A DNA stretch of 64,000 bases, taken from contig BDGG01000006.1 in assembly GCA_001949185.1 (NCBI GenBank), positions 1,098,827 through 1,162,826 on the forward strand. Direction: 5' to 3'. Below are positions 1 through 11,240 of this stretch, piece by piece (the first letter of the stretch is position 1; each line of letters opens with the position of its first letter). This stretch comes from Ramazzottius varieornatus (Eukaryota > Animalia > Tardigrada). Below the pieces are notes generated by a model. The model did not search any database. It was not told where the DNA came from and saw only the letters and a list, made by a program, of their open reading frames with translations. The position numbers and the translations under genes are program-made.

Positions 1-420
1 GCTGTGCAAGCCGAAAACATGACTTGCGAATAATGATGAGCATTACACGTAGATGGTCCGTGTAATGTAAATTGTAATACAGTTTACACCAGTTTTACAA
101 ACCAGGCGGTTAAAAGTGGTACGGAACGACGAGAACGATAAACCAGCTATGTCTGCGTTTGCATAAAATATAGATCATACTAACTGTCTTCCAGAAATAG
201 TTGAAAATACGGTTACAAAATGACCATACCCAGGAGGTTTCTGACTTTTCACACGTAAGTCAGCTGAATTTTAGATTTCCAGCGGCAAAATACTCAAAAC
301 ACTGCAGATTTTGGCTTTGAAAAGTTGTAATTGCATCTTACATTTACATTACAACTTTTCGGTGGTTGTAATGTACTCTAATTAACGACCAGATTTTGAA
401 CTCTGATTAACTCCAGACAA

Positions 421-1400
421 ACGGTGGTGGAAAGGTGGTATTAGGAGACTAGGTGGCGAGGGGTGGTATGCGGAGACAATGGTTGTTTTTCAGTGGTGTG
501 CGGAGCACTTTCCCTAAGTCTTACTCCCGAGATTTAGTTTTACTCCTGACCAACTTAGTGTTTCTCTTTCCGAAAATTTGGTCTTGCGAGCTCGAATTTC
601 AGTCCTGCGATTCAGTTTCAGTCCCGAAAAATTCAGACTGACATTTTTCAGGATATTTTAGTCTTTTGAATCTGAATGTTAGTCCTGACTCTGAATATCA
701 GTTTCAGTATTTACAAAACCGGATGTTCTTCAAAACGGTAGCTTACTTCCAAGACCTATTTAACGCCAGTCCACGGCCGCATTATTTGGTCTTAAGGGTT
801 TCTTGGTCTTGTGGGTTTCCATGTTTGGAATTCACGGTCCATTCTTTCGGATTCATTACGGTAAATTTCGAACTGAACAACGGTATAAGGATTTCCGGAA
901 CGGAAATGGAAATCGAGAGAACTGAAGCAGAGCCGCTAACATTCCGCCATACCATTACCCAATCCGTACCTTGCAGAGCAGACTGTCACAGTGGCCACAG
1001 CACTAACAGGCCAAATAATACAGAAAAGAATGAGAGCGTGATCTAGCTTTCTTCTGAGACTAAATAATGAAAACCAATCTGGCAAAAAGTGGTGCTCGAA
1101 GTCCTTGGTGGTGGCCCTTAGTTAGAAAGTGGTGTACGGAGTAAACGGTGATGATTTGGAATTGAAAGGTGGTATAGGAACTACGGTGGTGAAAGGTGGT
1201 ATCAGGAGGACTATGGTGGTAAAAGGTGGTGTGCGGAGCCTTCCCCAAAACTTAATTTTGGAAGAGTAAAATGCCGTTGAACAAGAATAAAACTTAGTTG
1301 GTCGGGAGTAAAACTAAATCTCGGGAGTAAAACTGGAATTCGGAAGAGTAAAATGCTTTTGAACGAAAGTAAAACTAAATTGGTTGGGAGAAAAACAGAA
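421..1400. repeat. Cluster of short direct (GGTGGT-rich) and inverted repeats, probable non-autonomous transposon remnants
   Basis: TTACTCCCGAGATTTAGTTTTACTCCTGACCAACT (~521-555) is the near reverse complement of AGTTGGTCGGGAGTAAAACTAAATCTCGGGAGTAA (~1296-1330). GGTGGT...GTGCGGAGC units occur at ~421-510 and ~1160-1245. Confidence 0.55.
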
Positions 1401-4367
1401 TCGTAAGAACTGGAACTGAAAACCGTGGGTGCTGACTAATGATATTTATGTTTAGTCATGAGTCTACAAATTACTTGGCTGTTTGATCTAATCAGGAATG
1501 ACATAGAGACCGTTCAAGTATTACGTAAGGCGCCCAGAGGGGGGGGGGGGTACTGGTCGAGGTAGTCTTACAGAAGTCTTAGGGGAAGGGGGTAGAGGTC
1601 TCAAGAATCATATGTAAGAGAATTAAAAATCAAATATTTAATTGAAGTAGTTACCAAAGCCTGTAAAGGCCCCACTTTTGGGACTCGAACCGTCACTCGC
1701 TGCTTCAACCAGCTGATTATTGGCCCTAAGCGACCCCCCAGACATACATATACCTACTCTGCGCATCCGTGCTTGATCCCTTCCACCGCTGCGCCGTTCT
1801 GTCTCTGTTTTTTCTTTAGCCCGCAAAAAAACATGGTGTGAGCAAGCGTTGCGAACTCTACCATTCTACTCAGGTTGCGGTCAAGTTACACCAGTGTGCG
1901 GAACCTTCGGAGGACAACCAAAATCATGAACTCGACGATGTCATGGAAGTGGAAGAGGCGGCGAGACCAACCGTAGTCGACGAGGATGCGAGGGACCGGA
2001 AGCTGTGACTCATGTTTTAAGCTGGATTCGATCCGACGATGTTAACGTCGATCAAGATGCACAGTAGATTTGAAGTTTGGCTAGGGTATTCATGTTTGAA
2101 AACTTCCGGTAGTGAGAACCGAACTCAGCTTGCACCACCGTCCCCGTTTCCTTCGGTGGAAGTGCGTTGTTTTTGGCGTCTCATGGGGTCTTGAAAATCT
2201 TACGTGATAAATTGGTTTCAGGTAGTGGCTCTGGGAATCTTACGCAGTTCTTACGGGAGGGGGTAGGGGTAGCACTTTGCCACTGGCCGAAAGCGGTTTC
2301 TCCCGGCTAAACCGACAATCAATCAAAGCCTCGCCGCTTTCGGCCTTTGGCCAAAACTTTCGACCCAGCAAATAATTAGGTTATGCGCACGTACGTTCCC
2401 GTTAGAGCTGATTTTGATTGAGGGAAAGGTTTTTTGCCAAGCCGAACCAACTATCTCGGGTCTTCCAAACGGTCGGTAGGGGTTTACCTCGCTTACACTG
2501 CGTCAGTGCGTCTATGTGCAGAATGCAGATGCGGAATTTGAAAATGAAAAAAGTTTCACAGTACGAGGTAAACGAAATAATTCGGGTACAGTGATTTTTC
2601 AATCGTAATTTGGACATATTTTTTCTCACCTCCTGCTGCGCGTAATGAACTGCTTTTTGTTTCGTGAGGTAGACTGATCCCTTTTCTTGCGATTTCAATA
2701 GGTCCGAGAACGACAAAACGTTGTGAATCACGGGAATTTGGCCTGGGAGAGAGATGGGTCTGTCCAATGTTAAAAAGCCCAGTGGTGTATCAACAGGCTT
2801 ACAATGAGAGATGAATCAAGCGTTGACGATCATATTCAAACTTTTCGCGTTGCCCGAAATTATGGTGCGAAACCGATATGCCCGAATTAAGTCGTATACG
2901 TTGTATATTATGTTGTATATTGTGTCGTATTGTGACTTACCTCGTATACAAGATTTCAAGTTCTCGCTCCGCACCCGAAGTTTGCCATGTTAAAGAATTT
3001 GCCCGGTCAGCTCCATTTCGTTAGTGTCTAGCGCCCTAACAAATTTTCAAGTGAACAGCATAAATTTCATTTTTTGTAATTTTGTACGACCTGTGTCCAT
3101 TTTATCACGGCACACGGAGTCGGCAGAGTTTAGACCCTGATGAAGTCTGTCGGCCATGTGTTGGCGAGAAACGGGAAATTATTGACTCGTACGCCGGTCC
3201 TACAACCCGGTTATACACACCGCGCCAGTTGACCTGTAGAGCGCACAGTTGGCTGTCCGTCCAAATGAGCCATGGGGCCGTGGGCAGAGTAACTCAGGTA
3301 TGACGTCACGAAATCTGGGTTGTTAAGAGATCGCGAGGTGAGCTCATGTTTGGCTTTGAAGACGTCATAGTGCTGGTTGGTCGATCGTCACATAATGACT
3401 CACATTCGCGTAAAAAAACCGCCGGCTGACGACACGATGGCGACAGACATCCACACCAGAGCTCGTCTGCAATCGCTCAACAAGTCGCATGTTTACCACG
3501 TGACACCTCAGTTGCTTTGCCCACTGGTCAAATATAGTACATGCGCAAGATGTGGTTTCAGGGCGTGGTTTGGCCCTGGAACCGTGAGTACCGATACGCC
3601 CTTGGCGTGGCTTGATTCTTGTCAATTTCTTGAGGATTCTGGCTGAATCACGAAAGCTCCGCCCAGAAAGCTGGCCTTCCAGCCGAGCTTTAGAATGAAT
3701 CATAGACCTTTTGAGCCATTGTAGAAAGCTGTTCATGCATTCTAAAGCCCTGAAATTGGGGTGAACTATGGCAAGCCTGAGGCTCTGAGCTAATGGCGGA
3801 AGAACAGAGGAGCATGANNNNNNNNNNNNNNNNNNNNNNNNNNNNNNNNNNNNNNNNNNNNNNNNNNAAGCGCGGTGCCCCTACGTGGGGGTCATGGGGC
3901 CAAATCAGCAATCAGCTTGTTTCTTCGTTTTGTCGCCGCAAGACCCTCATATAGGGGCACTGCGCTTGCCCCAACGCTTACACCGTTCCAGGCGTCATGC
4001 TCCCCTGCCGGAAGATCACAGAGACATTTTTTTGGACCGAAAGGGGTCTCAACCCAGTAATCGTCTGTTGTACGTACGCTTGTTCCACACATAAGCAATG
4101 GCACATACGCCACATGGGCAACGTCTGTGACGGCCAGCACCTGGTACAGGCTGTACAGTAGTCACCTGGCCCACTAGCCGCCAGCAAACAGTAGTTCTAT
4201 CCTAGCGGCCGACCCACTAAATCCAATGGTCAATCGAGCAACACCGATTGTCAGCCACCTGCAGTCAGTCTAGCACGAACAATGGTCAACTGTTGGTAGT
4301 CAATCTAGTGACAGTGGCAAGACCCATGGTGGTGGGTCTACATATACCCTGCTAATCGTGCAGGGCC

Positions 4368-4785
4368 TAGAGCACGGAATCTGGCCACATGCGCTGCACT
4401 GCACTGCAGCTGTGCTGTGCTGCAGTGAGTGAACTGACGAAACTTGTGCGGCACAGCACAGCATACAGCAGAAAGCCATAGACTACCGTGCAGATGCACC
4501 TACCGAAACCTAACAAACATTACGGTGTTTGGGCATTCGAACGTCAGCCGTCTCAGCTTTGCCGTACTTTAGGGCGACGTTCTCCAGGTTGACTACCGAT
4601 TTCGCTGACTGAATTACAAACCACGTCAATACATCGGCGTTCTTCGCAGTTGCACCAGGTCAACGTGCGTCTGCGGCACAGCTGATTAGCCACTGGGCAT
4701 GAAAGTTGTGCAGCACAGCGCAGCGCCCTGGTAATAAACGCAGCACAGTTACCGCGTACTTCTGGACCTGCGGCCCAGTGCTCTA
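4368..4785. mobile_element. hAT-type MITE (418 bp)
   Basis: Termini TAGAGCAC...GTGCTCTA with a perfect 8-bp target duplication GCAGGGCC at 4360-4367 and 4786-4793. Interior is rich in inverted GCACAG/CTGTGC subterminal repeats; no coding capacity. Confidence 0.88.
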
Positions 4786-5752
4786 GCAGGGCCAAAGTTG
4801 TTCTATCGACAGGGTCATCAATTCCGTATTAATCAAGACGCGAATATCTTCGAATGATCAGTACAGAATTGATTGATCACATCCGACATCACGACTCATG
4901 ACTCATCAAAAACATGCAAAAATCTGTCAATAAATTTAGAAAAATCAGAGAGATTCGTGGAATCAAGGATCGTGCTGTGTGGAACTCAAGCATCCGTGAT
5001 GAGTTTGCGATTCAGAGTCCCTTGGGTATTGCTTCTTCGAATCGGCGTCTGACTCTGGTGAGTTCAATACAGCGATGGATGGGTGATTACCCAGTGAAGT
5101 ACGGTAAACACGGAACGGCCCTCGAAGATTAAGAACGGCCCAACAACAATGTTTCCCAGTCTGCAAAACCCGTCTCTAATGTCGCTCGATCACTGGCTCT
5201 CTTGACTAGCAAAGATATGATTTCCGCACCGATGATCAAGTTGCCAGTTCTTGTGGTTCGGGACAGGTGGCACGCGGCAACTGCGTGTTTTTCGATATTA
5301 GGCTGGGTAAGTCATCCGCCCATCGCTGGTTCGAAATAGCGGTACGCATTTGTGATTGAGTGCTTGAAATGCGTCGACAGCAGTTACAACGTAACGTGAG
5401 AGCCCTTAATTTGCAGAAGTTGTCTGTGGCAAGCCTGAGCCCATGGCGATTGGCGGATAGATCAAAGGGGATAACGATGTGTTGTTCACCCCACTACGTC
5501 ATTTAATGTCCGTCAGTCAACCAATCAACCCATCAACTCCGCCCACGCCCGGTGCTACGTCCTCAAAGGCCTGTTGTCAGTCATATTACACGACAAATTC
5601 CAGAAGAATTCGGAAAAATTCCAGAAAGATTTAGGGAAGATGCAGAGCCTTTCTAATGCGTACCGGAATGCCTGACGAGGTATGACTCAGACTCTCCGGA
5701 GGATTTACTCAGTATAGTGCACTGCCAGAGTTGACTTCGGCTGACTGGCGTT

Positions 5753-6371
5753 TGGTGCTGGCAAAAATACGATAAAATTCGATACGATATTTTTCGATAC
5801 AATATCGGCGGGTAGTTTATCGCGGTCTTCGATATTCATTGGATATCGATATTTCGATACGATATTTTTTGTTACCGTATTTTCGATGTATCGTATCATA
5901 TCGCAGCGATACCTCGATATTTCTGGAATTTTAGTTTTTCGGAAATGCACTGGTCCAAGCCCAAAAACTCGAGAAGCCGATTTCCACATAAAGTGTTAGT
6001 AAGATCGAAAGCGTCGGATGCAGCAAAGACATGATTATACCAAGACTTCAAACATATGGAAACCTGGACAGAATTAGTACCAGAACCGAATAGGTGGAGT
6101 GTGCTCGGTACACCAAGGCCAAAATCAAGTTTTGGAATCAACCATGGTCCCCCGTAAACAAGATATCACTGGCGAGTTCGCCATTCAGCAAAATACCGAT
6201 ATATCGAAAATATATCGATATGGCGCGATACGATATCGCCGAATATCTTACTGGATTTTTCGATACGAGTTTCATATCGATATTTTCGATACGATATCTG
6301 CCGCATATTTTATCGCAAAGATTCGATGTATTTCGATACGATTTCGGTATACCGTATCGTTGCCAGCACTA
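5753..6371. mobile_element. MITE with CGATA/TATCG subterminal arrays (hAT-like)
   Basis: Left end TGGTGCTGGCAA and right end TTGCCAGCACTA form an inverted pair, with dense CGATA/GATATCG repeats at both ends. No TSD recognised. Confidence 0.65.
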
Positions 6372-6374
6372 GTA

Positions 6375-6537
6375 ACTCGTGTTAGTCAGCCTCCGTGCAC
6401 ATCCCGTATTAGATGTCTAACACAATCAAAAGCTAACTAATTCTCGATGTATAGTGTATTGCTAAAAAAATCCTGTAATAATTTGAGTTATTAAACACAG
6501 TCCTGAAAGACATCCAAAGTTTCAAAAATGAGTAATT
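6375..6537 (-). pseudogene. cob: Mitochondrial cytochrome b N-terminal fragment (in NUMT)
   Basis: Minus strand reads approximately [46 protein letters not shown] (TGA=Trp), with an indel. Confidence 0.8.
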
Positions 6538-6539
6538 AA

Positions 6540-7278
6540 GTTTATTAAGTTGCCCCTTATGGGGTCCACTTATGACTGCCGAAAGCTCACGTTGAAGCTC
6601 AGGGTCAATGGTTCTGGCTGCTGTCTTATTAAAGTTAAGATTGTACCGATTTTATCGCATTTTGCCTTTAATAAAACCCTTGTTATTCTTCTTTTTTGCC
6701 TTAGTTTTTATGTTATGGGGGGCTTTATTAAGTAGATTAGTGTGTTTGTGACAAACAGATATGAAATCTTTAATTGCGTATTCTTCGGTCGGGCATATGG
6801 GTATTATACTTGGTGGGCTTTTCTTTTTTAGACAAATGGGGCTGAAGGCAGCCATAATTATTATGTTGTCCCATGCTTTTTGTTCTAGTGCTCTCTTTTA
6901 TTTTGTAAATCTAGCTTACAAGCGCTCCCATCCTCGTCAAATTTTCAATAACCGCGGTCAGTCTATTTTTTTGGGTTACTTATATCTTTTTGATTTTTGT
7001 TTATTGTAATGAACTTTTCGGCACCCCCCTTTTTGTCCCTAGTGGGGGGATTAGGCGTTTTTATAAGATCTTTTTCAGAAGATTTATCCTATATAGACAT
7101 CTTAGGTTTAACAAGTTTTGTTGTAGCAGCCTTTTGTATTCATTTGTATAGGGTGGTGGTACACGGATTAGGGTTGAAGAATTATATCCTACAAGTGGAG
7201 ATAGATTTGAACTTTTTTGTTCTGTTATATCATTCTTTACCTGCTTTGTTTATAATTATTGTATTAGACTTTTTTTAA
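6540..7278 (+). pseudogene. nad4: Mitochondrial NADH dehydrogenase subunit 4, 3' part (in NUMT)
   Basis: DMKSLIAYSSVGHMG, MLSHAFCSSALF and NFSAPPFLSL motifs, split across frames by frameshifts. Confidence 0.9.
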
Positions 7279-7284
7279 TGATAA

Positions 7285-7345
7285 TTGATGTAATTTAAGT
7301 GTAAAATATTGTATTGTGGTTACAAAAATGGCTTCCCAATTAATA
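7285..7345 (+). tRNA. trnH: mt tRNA-His copy (in NUMT)
   Basis: Anticodon arm TTGTA-TTGTGGT-TACAA (GTG) between nad4 and nad5. Confidence 0.7.
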
Positions 7346-8885
7346 CTGACTTTAAGGTTCAGAGGGTGTTTATTTTTATTACATCTTTTTTTTATTTAAC
7401 AGGGGTATTATAGTTATTGAACTACAATCATTTGACTCTCTTTTTACTTCTTTATCTATTTCGTTCGTAATTGACTTTTACTCCATTTTATTTGCTTCAA
7501 TTGTTAGTCTTATTTCTTCAATAATGTTCTTTCTCGGTTTTAATTTTTAGTCCTAATTTATTTTTCTACTTCTTGGGTGGGATGGTTTGGGTTTAGTTTC
7601 CTCTTTATTAGTAGTTTTTTACATGAGAGTTTCTAGCTCAGTCGCGGGGATATTAACCTTTTTAATAAATCGCGTAGGGGATATTTTTTTCTTCTTCTCT
7701 ATTAGCTTGTTCTCTCTGTTCTCCTGATTTTCGTATTTTGACAGAAAAGCTTTAGGCTTTGCTCAGTTTGATGCTTTTTTTATTCGTTACTTTTACTACT
7801 AAAAGAGCTCGAATTCCTTTTTCATCATGGCTCCCAGCTGCTATGGCTGCCCCCACACCAGTGTCGTCATTAGTTCACTCTTCCACCCTTATAAAAGCCG
7901 GTGTTTGTTTCTGACTCGTTTTAGTCCTTTAATATCGAGAGCTTGTTACCTTCTCATGGTTGTGTCAGTCTTTTCTATATTAATAGCTGGAACAATGGCT
8001 AATTTAGAATGGGACATCAAAAAAATTATTGCTTACTCACCTAAGACAACTTTCTTCCATGATACTTTCCTGTTCAACAGGTTTAATTATGTTTTGTTTC
8101 TTTCATCTATTAACTCTTGCTTTATTTTTAGCCTCCCTTTTTATAAGGGGGCGGCTGGTGATTCATAGGGAAGATAGAAGACAAGATTTTCGTAACGTAT
8201 TTCCCTTTTCTTCTGGCAAAAAATTATTTGCGTCTTCATTTATAGTGTGAATTTTATCCCTGTGTGGCTTTCCTTTTTTGTCTGGTTTTTTTTCTAAAGA
8301 TTTAATTTTGGATGCTCTGTTGAGTAGGATGACATTTATTATTTTATTTATATTTGGGGTATTTTTAACCATTATACACTCGCTACGATTTTCTTATTAT
8401 ATAGTCATTTCCCTTTCTTCTTTCCGTTCAGCCTTATCGGGGGTTTAAGAAACTTTGAAGTACTTGATTTTTCCCATTTGAACATTAATTTGTATGTCTA
8501 TTGCTATAGGTTCTTTTTGAAGAGAGTTCTTTTCAATTTTCGTTTTTTACTTATTTGTTATCGATTTGAAAAGTTCTTTATGTGATATCAGCAATACTTT
8601 GTCGGTGTCTTATCTTATTTTGAAGAAACGTTCTTCTTAAATTATATTTTCTTAGTTTTATGTGGTTTTTAAATCAAAATATAAGTGCCTGAGATTTGAA
8701 AATATTTAATATAAAAGCCGATAAAGTTTTTTGTTTTGTTGATCATGGATGACTAGAATTTTATGGGCCTCAAAAAATTTTTGTTTCTCTCACTTTCGTC
8801 TCTATGGTAATAATGTCTTTTGTAAGATGAAGACTGGCGTACTCTTTTGCAGTCTTTATTTTATTATTAGCTTTTTTCTATTTGT
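7346..8885 (+). pseudogene. nad5: Mitochondrial NADH dehydrogenase subunit 5 (in NUMT)
   Basis: [51 protein letters not shown] and SLCGFPFLSGFFSKD motifs; frameshifts and an internal deletion. Confidence 0.92.
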
Positions 8886-8946
8886 TTAAGTAGCTTATAT
8901 TAAAGCTTAGATTTGAAGAGTCTAATAAAAGTAATTTTCTTTTACA
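8884..8946 (+). tRNA. trnF: mt tRNA-Phe copy (in NUMT)
   Basis: Anticodon arm TTAGA-TTTGAAGAG-TCTAA (GAA) directly after nad5. Confidence 0.7.
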
Positions 8947-8949
8947 AAA

Positions 8950-9244
8950 TAAAGCCTTTGGCATTTTATAATGAAATTATAATATGTTATTTTACATTAT
9001 CTATTCTAAGAATTTTCGTGATATGCTCAATTATAAAATTAGCGGCTTTAAATTTTAAATTCTTTAAATTAAAGTTTTCTTATGATTTTAGTTAACGTCT
9101 AAACACTGTTTCAATCTCAGTTTATAATAAATATGGATTAAAGAATCAAAAAGTAGGTCGAAACTACTGATATGTTATTTTTGGGTGAGGCCACTGACAA
9201 TTTTTAATTGCAATTAAAATTTTATTATTCTAAATACACTCTCA
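8950..9244 (-). tRNA. mt tRNA cluster Ala-Arg-Asn-Ser1-Glu copies (in NUMT)
   Basis: Minus-strand anticodon loops TGC (~9210), TCG (~9160), GTT (~9095), GCT (~9042) and TTC (~8983), in the canonical A-R-N-S1-E order. Confidence 0.72.
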
Positions 9245-9585
9245 TGATCACTCTAGAACACCTTGTTGTCATTCAAAAATTAAACCCCCGAACAACAAAG
9301 TGAAAAATGATCAGTTAATTAGTGTTCTTGTTTTAATATAAAGACTTTCTTCTACTATCGGGCTTGGAAGAATCACAGCAATTTCGATATCAAAAACTAA
9401 AAAGATTACTGTAATAGTAAAGAACCGTAAGGAGAACGCTATTCGGTTGGTGTGGTTGGAGTCAAACCCACATTCAAAATTTCTTATCTTTTCTTGTCAT
9501 TTACTTCGATTCTGGGTTTTTAATAAATGGAGCAGGACTATACGAAAAATAATAATTGTAATAAGGTTAAATATTGGTATTAAAA
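9245..9585 (-). pseudogene. nad3: Mitochondrial NADH dehydrogenase subunit 3 (in NUMT)
   Basis: FECGFD...FSLRFF...FLVFDIEIAVILP on the minus strand. Confidence 0.88.
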
Positions 9586-9587
9586 TT

Positions 9588-9648
9588 ACACTATTCAGTA
9601 AAAACTTTTTGATTGGAAATCAAATATACTAAATATTAAAAGTGTAAA
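9588..9648 (-). tRNA. trnG: mt tRNA-Gly copy (in NUMT)
   Basis: Minus-strand anticodon arm TTTGA-TTTCCAA-TCAAA (TCC) between cox3 and nad3. Confidence 0.68.
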
Positions 9649-9649
9649 A

Positions 9650-10093
9650 ACATCATTAATATGGAAAACTATACAGAGATAACCACACCACGTCAACGAA
9701 ATGCCAATATCAGATAGCGGCTTCTAAACCTAAGTGATGGTTGAGAGAGTATATGTTCATGTTATGTCGTACCAATACCACTAATAAAAACATTGTCCCC
9801 ACTAATACGTGTAGCCCATGAAATCCAGTTGCTAAAAAGAAGGTTCTCCCAAATCTTGAGTCTCTGAGTGAATAAGATGATTCCCAGTATTCTCAACCTT
9901 GAAGGCTGGTAAAATATGAACCCATAATAACTGTAATTAATATATTTATTTTTGTAACTTTGTTGTTTTGTTCAATCAAGCCATGGTGGGCTCAAGTTAC
10001 AAAACTCCCTCTTGCGAGTAAAACGGAGGTATCTAAAAGCGGAACTTGGAAAGGGTTAATTGCTGCAACCCCTAAAGGGGGTCATGTTAGTCC
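9650..10093 (-). pseudogene. cox3: Mitochondrial cytochrome c oxidase subunit 3, 3' part (in NUMT)
   Basis: WPPLGV..INPFQVPLL, TWAHHG, FFLATGFHGLHV and AAIWYWHFVDVVWL motifs; truncated by the N gap. Confidence 0.92.
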
Positions 10094-10199
10094 ANNNNNN
10101 NNNNNNNNNNNNNNNNNNNNNNNNNNNNNNNNNNNNNNNNNNNNGCCAATAATAAGGCCAGGCTCGTGTACTCCTTCGGCGTAAATTCCCACTTTTAAG

Positions 10200-11240
10200 A
10201 CAGAAATTAATCCAACTGAACGGTGCTGGTTAAAAACCCAACTGACTCAGTGTAACTCGAAACATCCAAATGATTTTTCGGGTAAAGGGCGCAATAAAAA
10301 TGGTTTGCTGCAATGCCCTTCTGTCGTGTCAAGTCAACCCGTCTTCCCCTTAATTTATCCTTAAGGTCAGGAAAGACTGGTCCGATGTCACCGATGACTA
10401 ACATGAATGTGGGGAGGTCGTCCGTTTGTGCAGTATGACTGCGTCTGTCTCATCAGAGTGTGAAGAAACTGTCGGTCACAGAGGTCTGCTGAATTTGAGT
10501 GTCGCCCGAGTTCATCATCTCGCAGTTTGATAGGCGGACATACGGAGTCTTGTATGCCGAGCGACCGAGATTAGGTCGCTCTTGGTATTGCAGCTACGAG
10601 TGCCTGTAACGTTGTCTGAGTCGCGGTAACAAGACATCAGCTCCAGGTATCGCTTACCCTGCTCCAGCGCCGTGATCTGAAAGCTTCGCAAATACATGTC
10701 CACCTGCCTTGTCATTTTTATTACTCTATTCTTCTTACTCTATCAAATGTCAGTACGTTTTCTTTCTCGACTGCAAGAAAAAGGTAGGCACCTCACGCGG
10801 CAAATCTGGGAGAGCTGGGTATAATCTTCAAGCTTCGAGAAGGGAGGACCAGGTTGGGAAATATACTGGGTGATGGACCATTAAGTAAGTCGCTACCGGC
10901 CAGCTTTCTCCCAAACAACTTTGAAACCTGTGAAGGGATAAATGAATTGTGGGCAAGCATATTGTTTATCTCGTCGAAGTCTATCGAATGGGGGGGGGGG
11001 GGGANNNNNNNNNNNNNNNNNNNNNNNNNNNNNNNNNNNNNNNNNNNNNNNNNNTGGGGGGGGGGGGGGAGGGGTAGGTTTACCGAATGTCTCGATAGTC
11101 GAAATTTCGGTAAAAACCGGAATGATCTTGGACGATCAGGCTTAAATTTGTTAAAAAGGCACAACGACGGTAACCAGCAGATCGCAAGTACCACCTCTGT
11201 GTGACTGCGATATTTGACATACGCATGTGTGGCGCTCAAG
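10200..11240 (-). mobile_element. Possible highly decayed Penelope-like retroelement fragments
   Basis: Weak resemblance only: RPRSFRFLPKF (cf. PLE P.FYGLPK), DEINNMLAHNSFIP (cf. PLE C-terminal helix) and FPDLKDKL. Spans an N gap. Confidence 0.25.

Larger units (their letters stand above)
6372..10093. pseudogene. NUMT: nuclear copy of ~3.7 kb of mitochondrial DNA
   Basis: Abrupt AT-rich block with recognisable cob, nad4, nad5, nad3, cox3 and 8 mt-tRNAs under the invertebrate mitochondrial code. It carries frameshifts and deletions, is contiguous with nuclear repeats on the left, and ends at an N gap on the right. Confidence 0.88.

Noticed and set aside
6372-10093. Functional mitochondrial genome segment
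   Set aside because: Frameshifts in nad4/nad5/cob, a cob-nad4 fusion and contiguity with nuclear repeats indicate a NUMT.
10990-11075. Poly-G tract / G-quadruplex
   Set aside because: Flanks an N gap, so true length and sequence are unknown.
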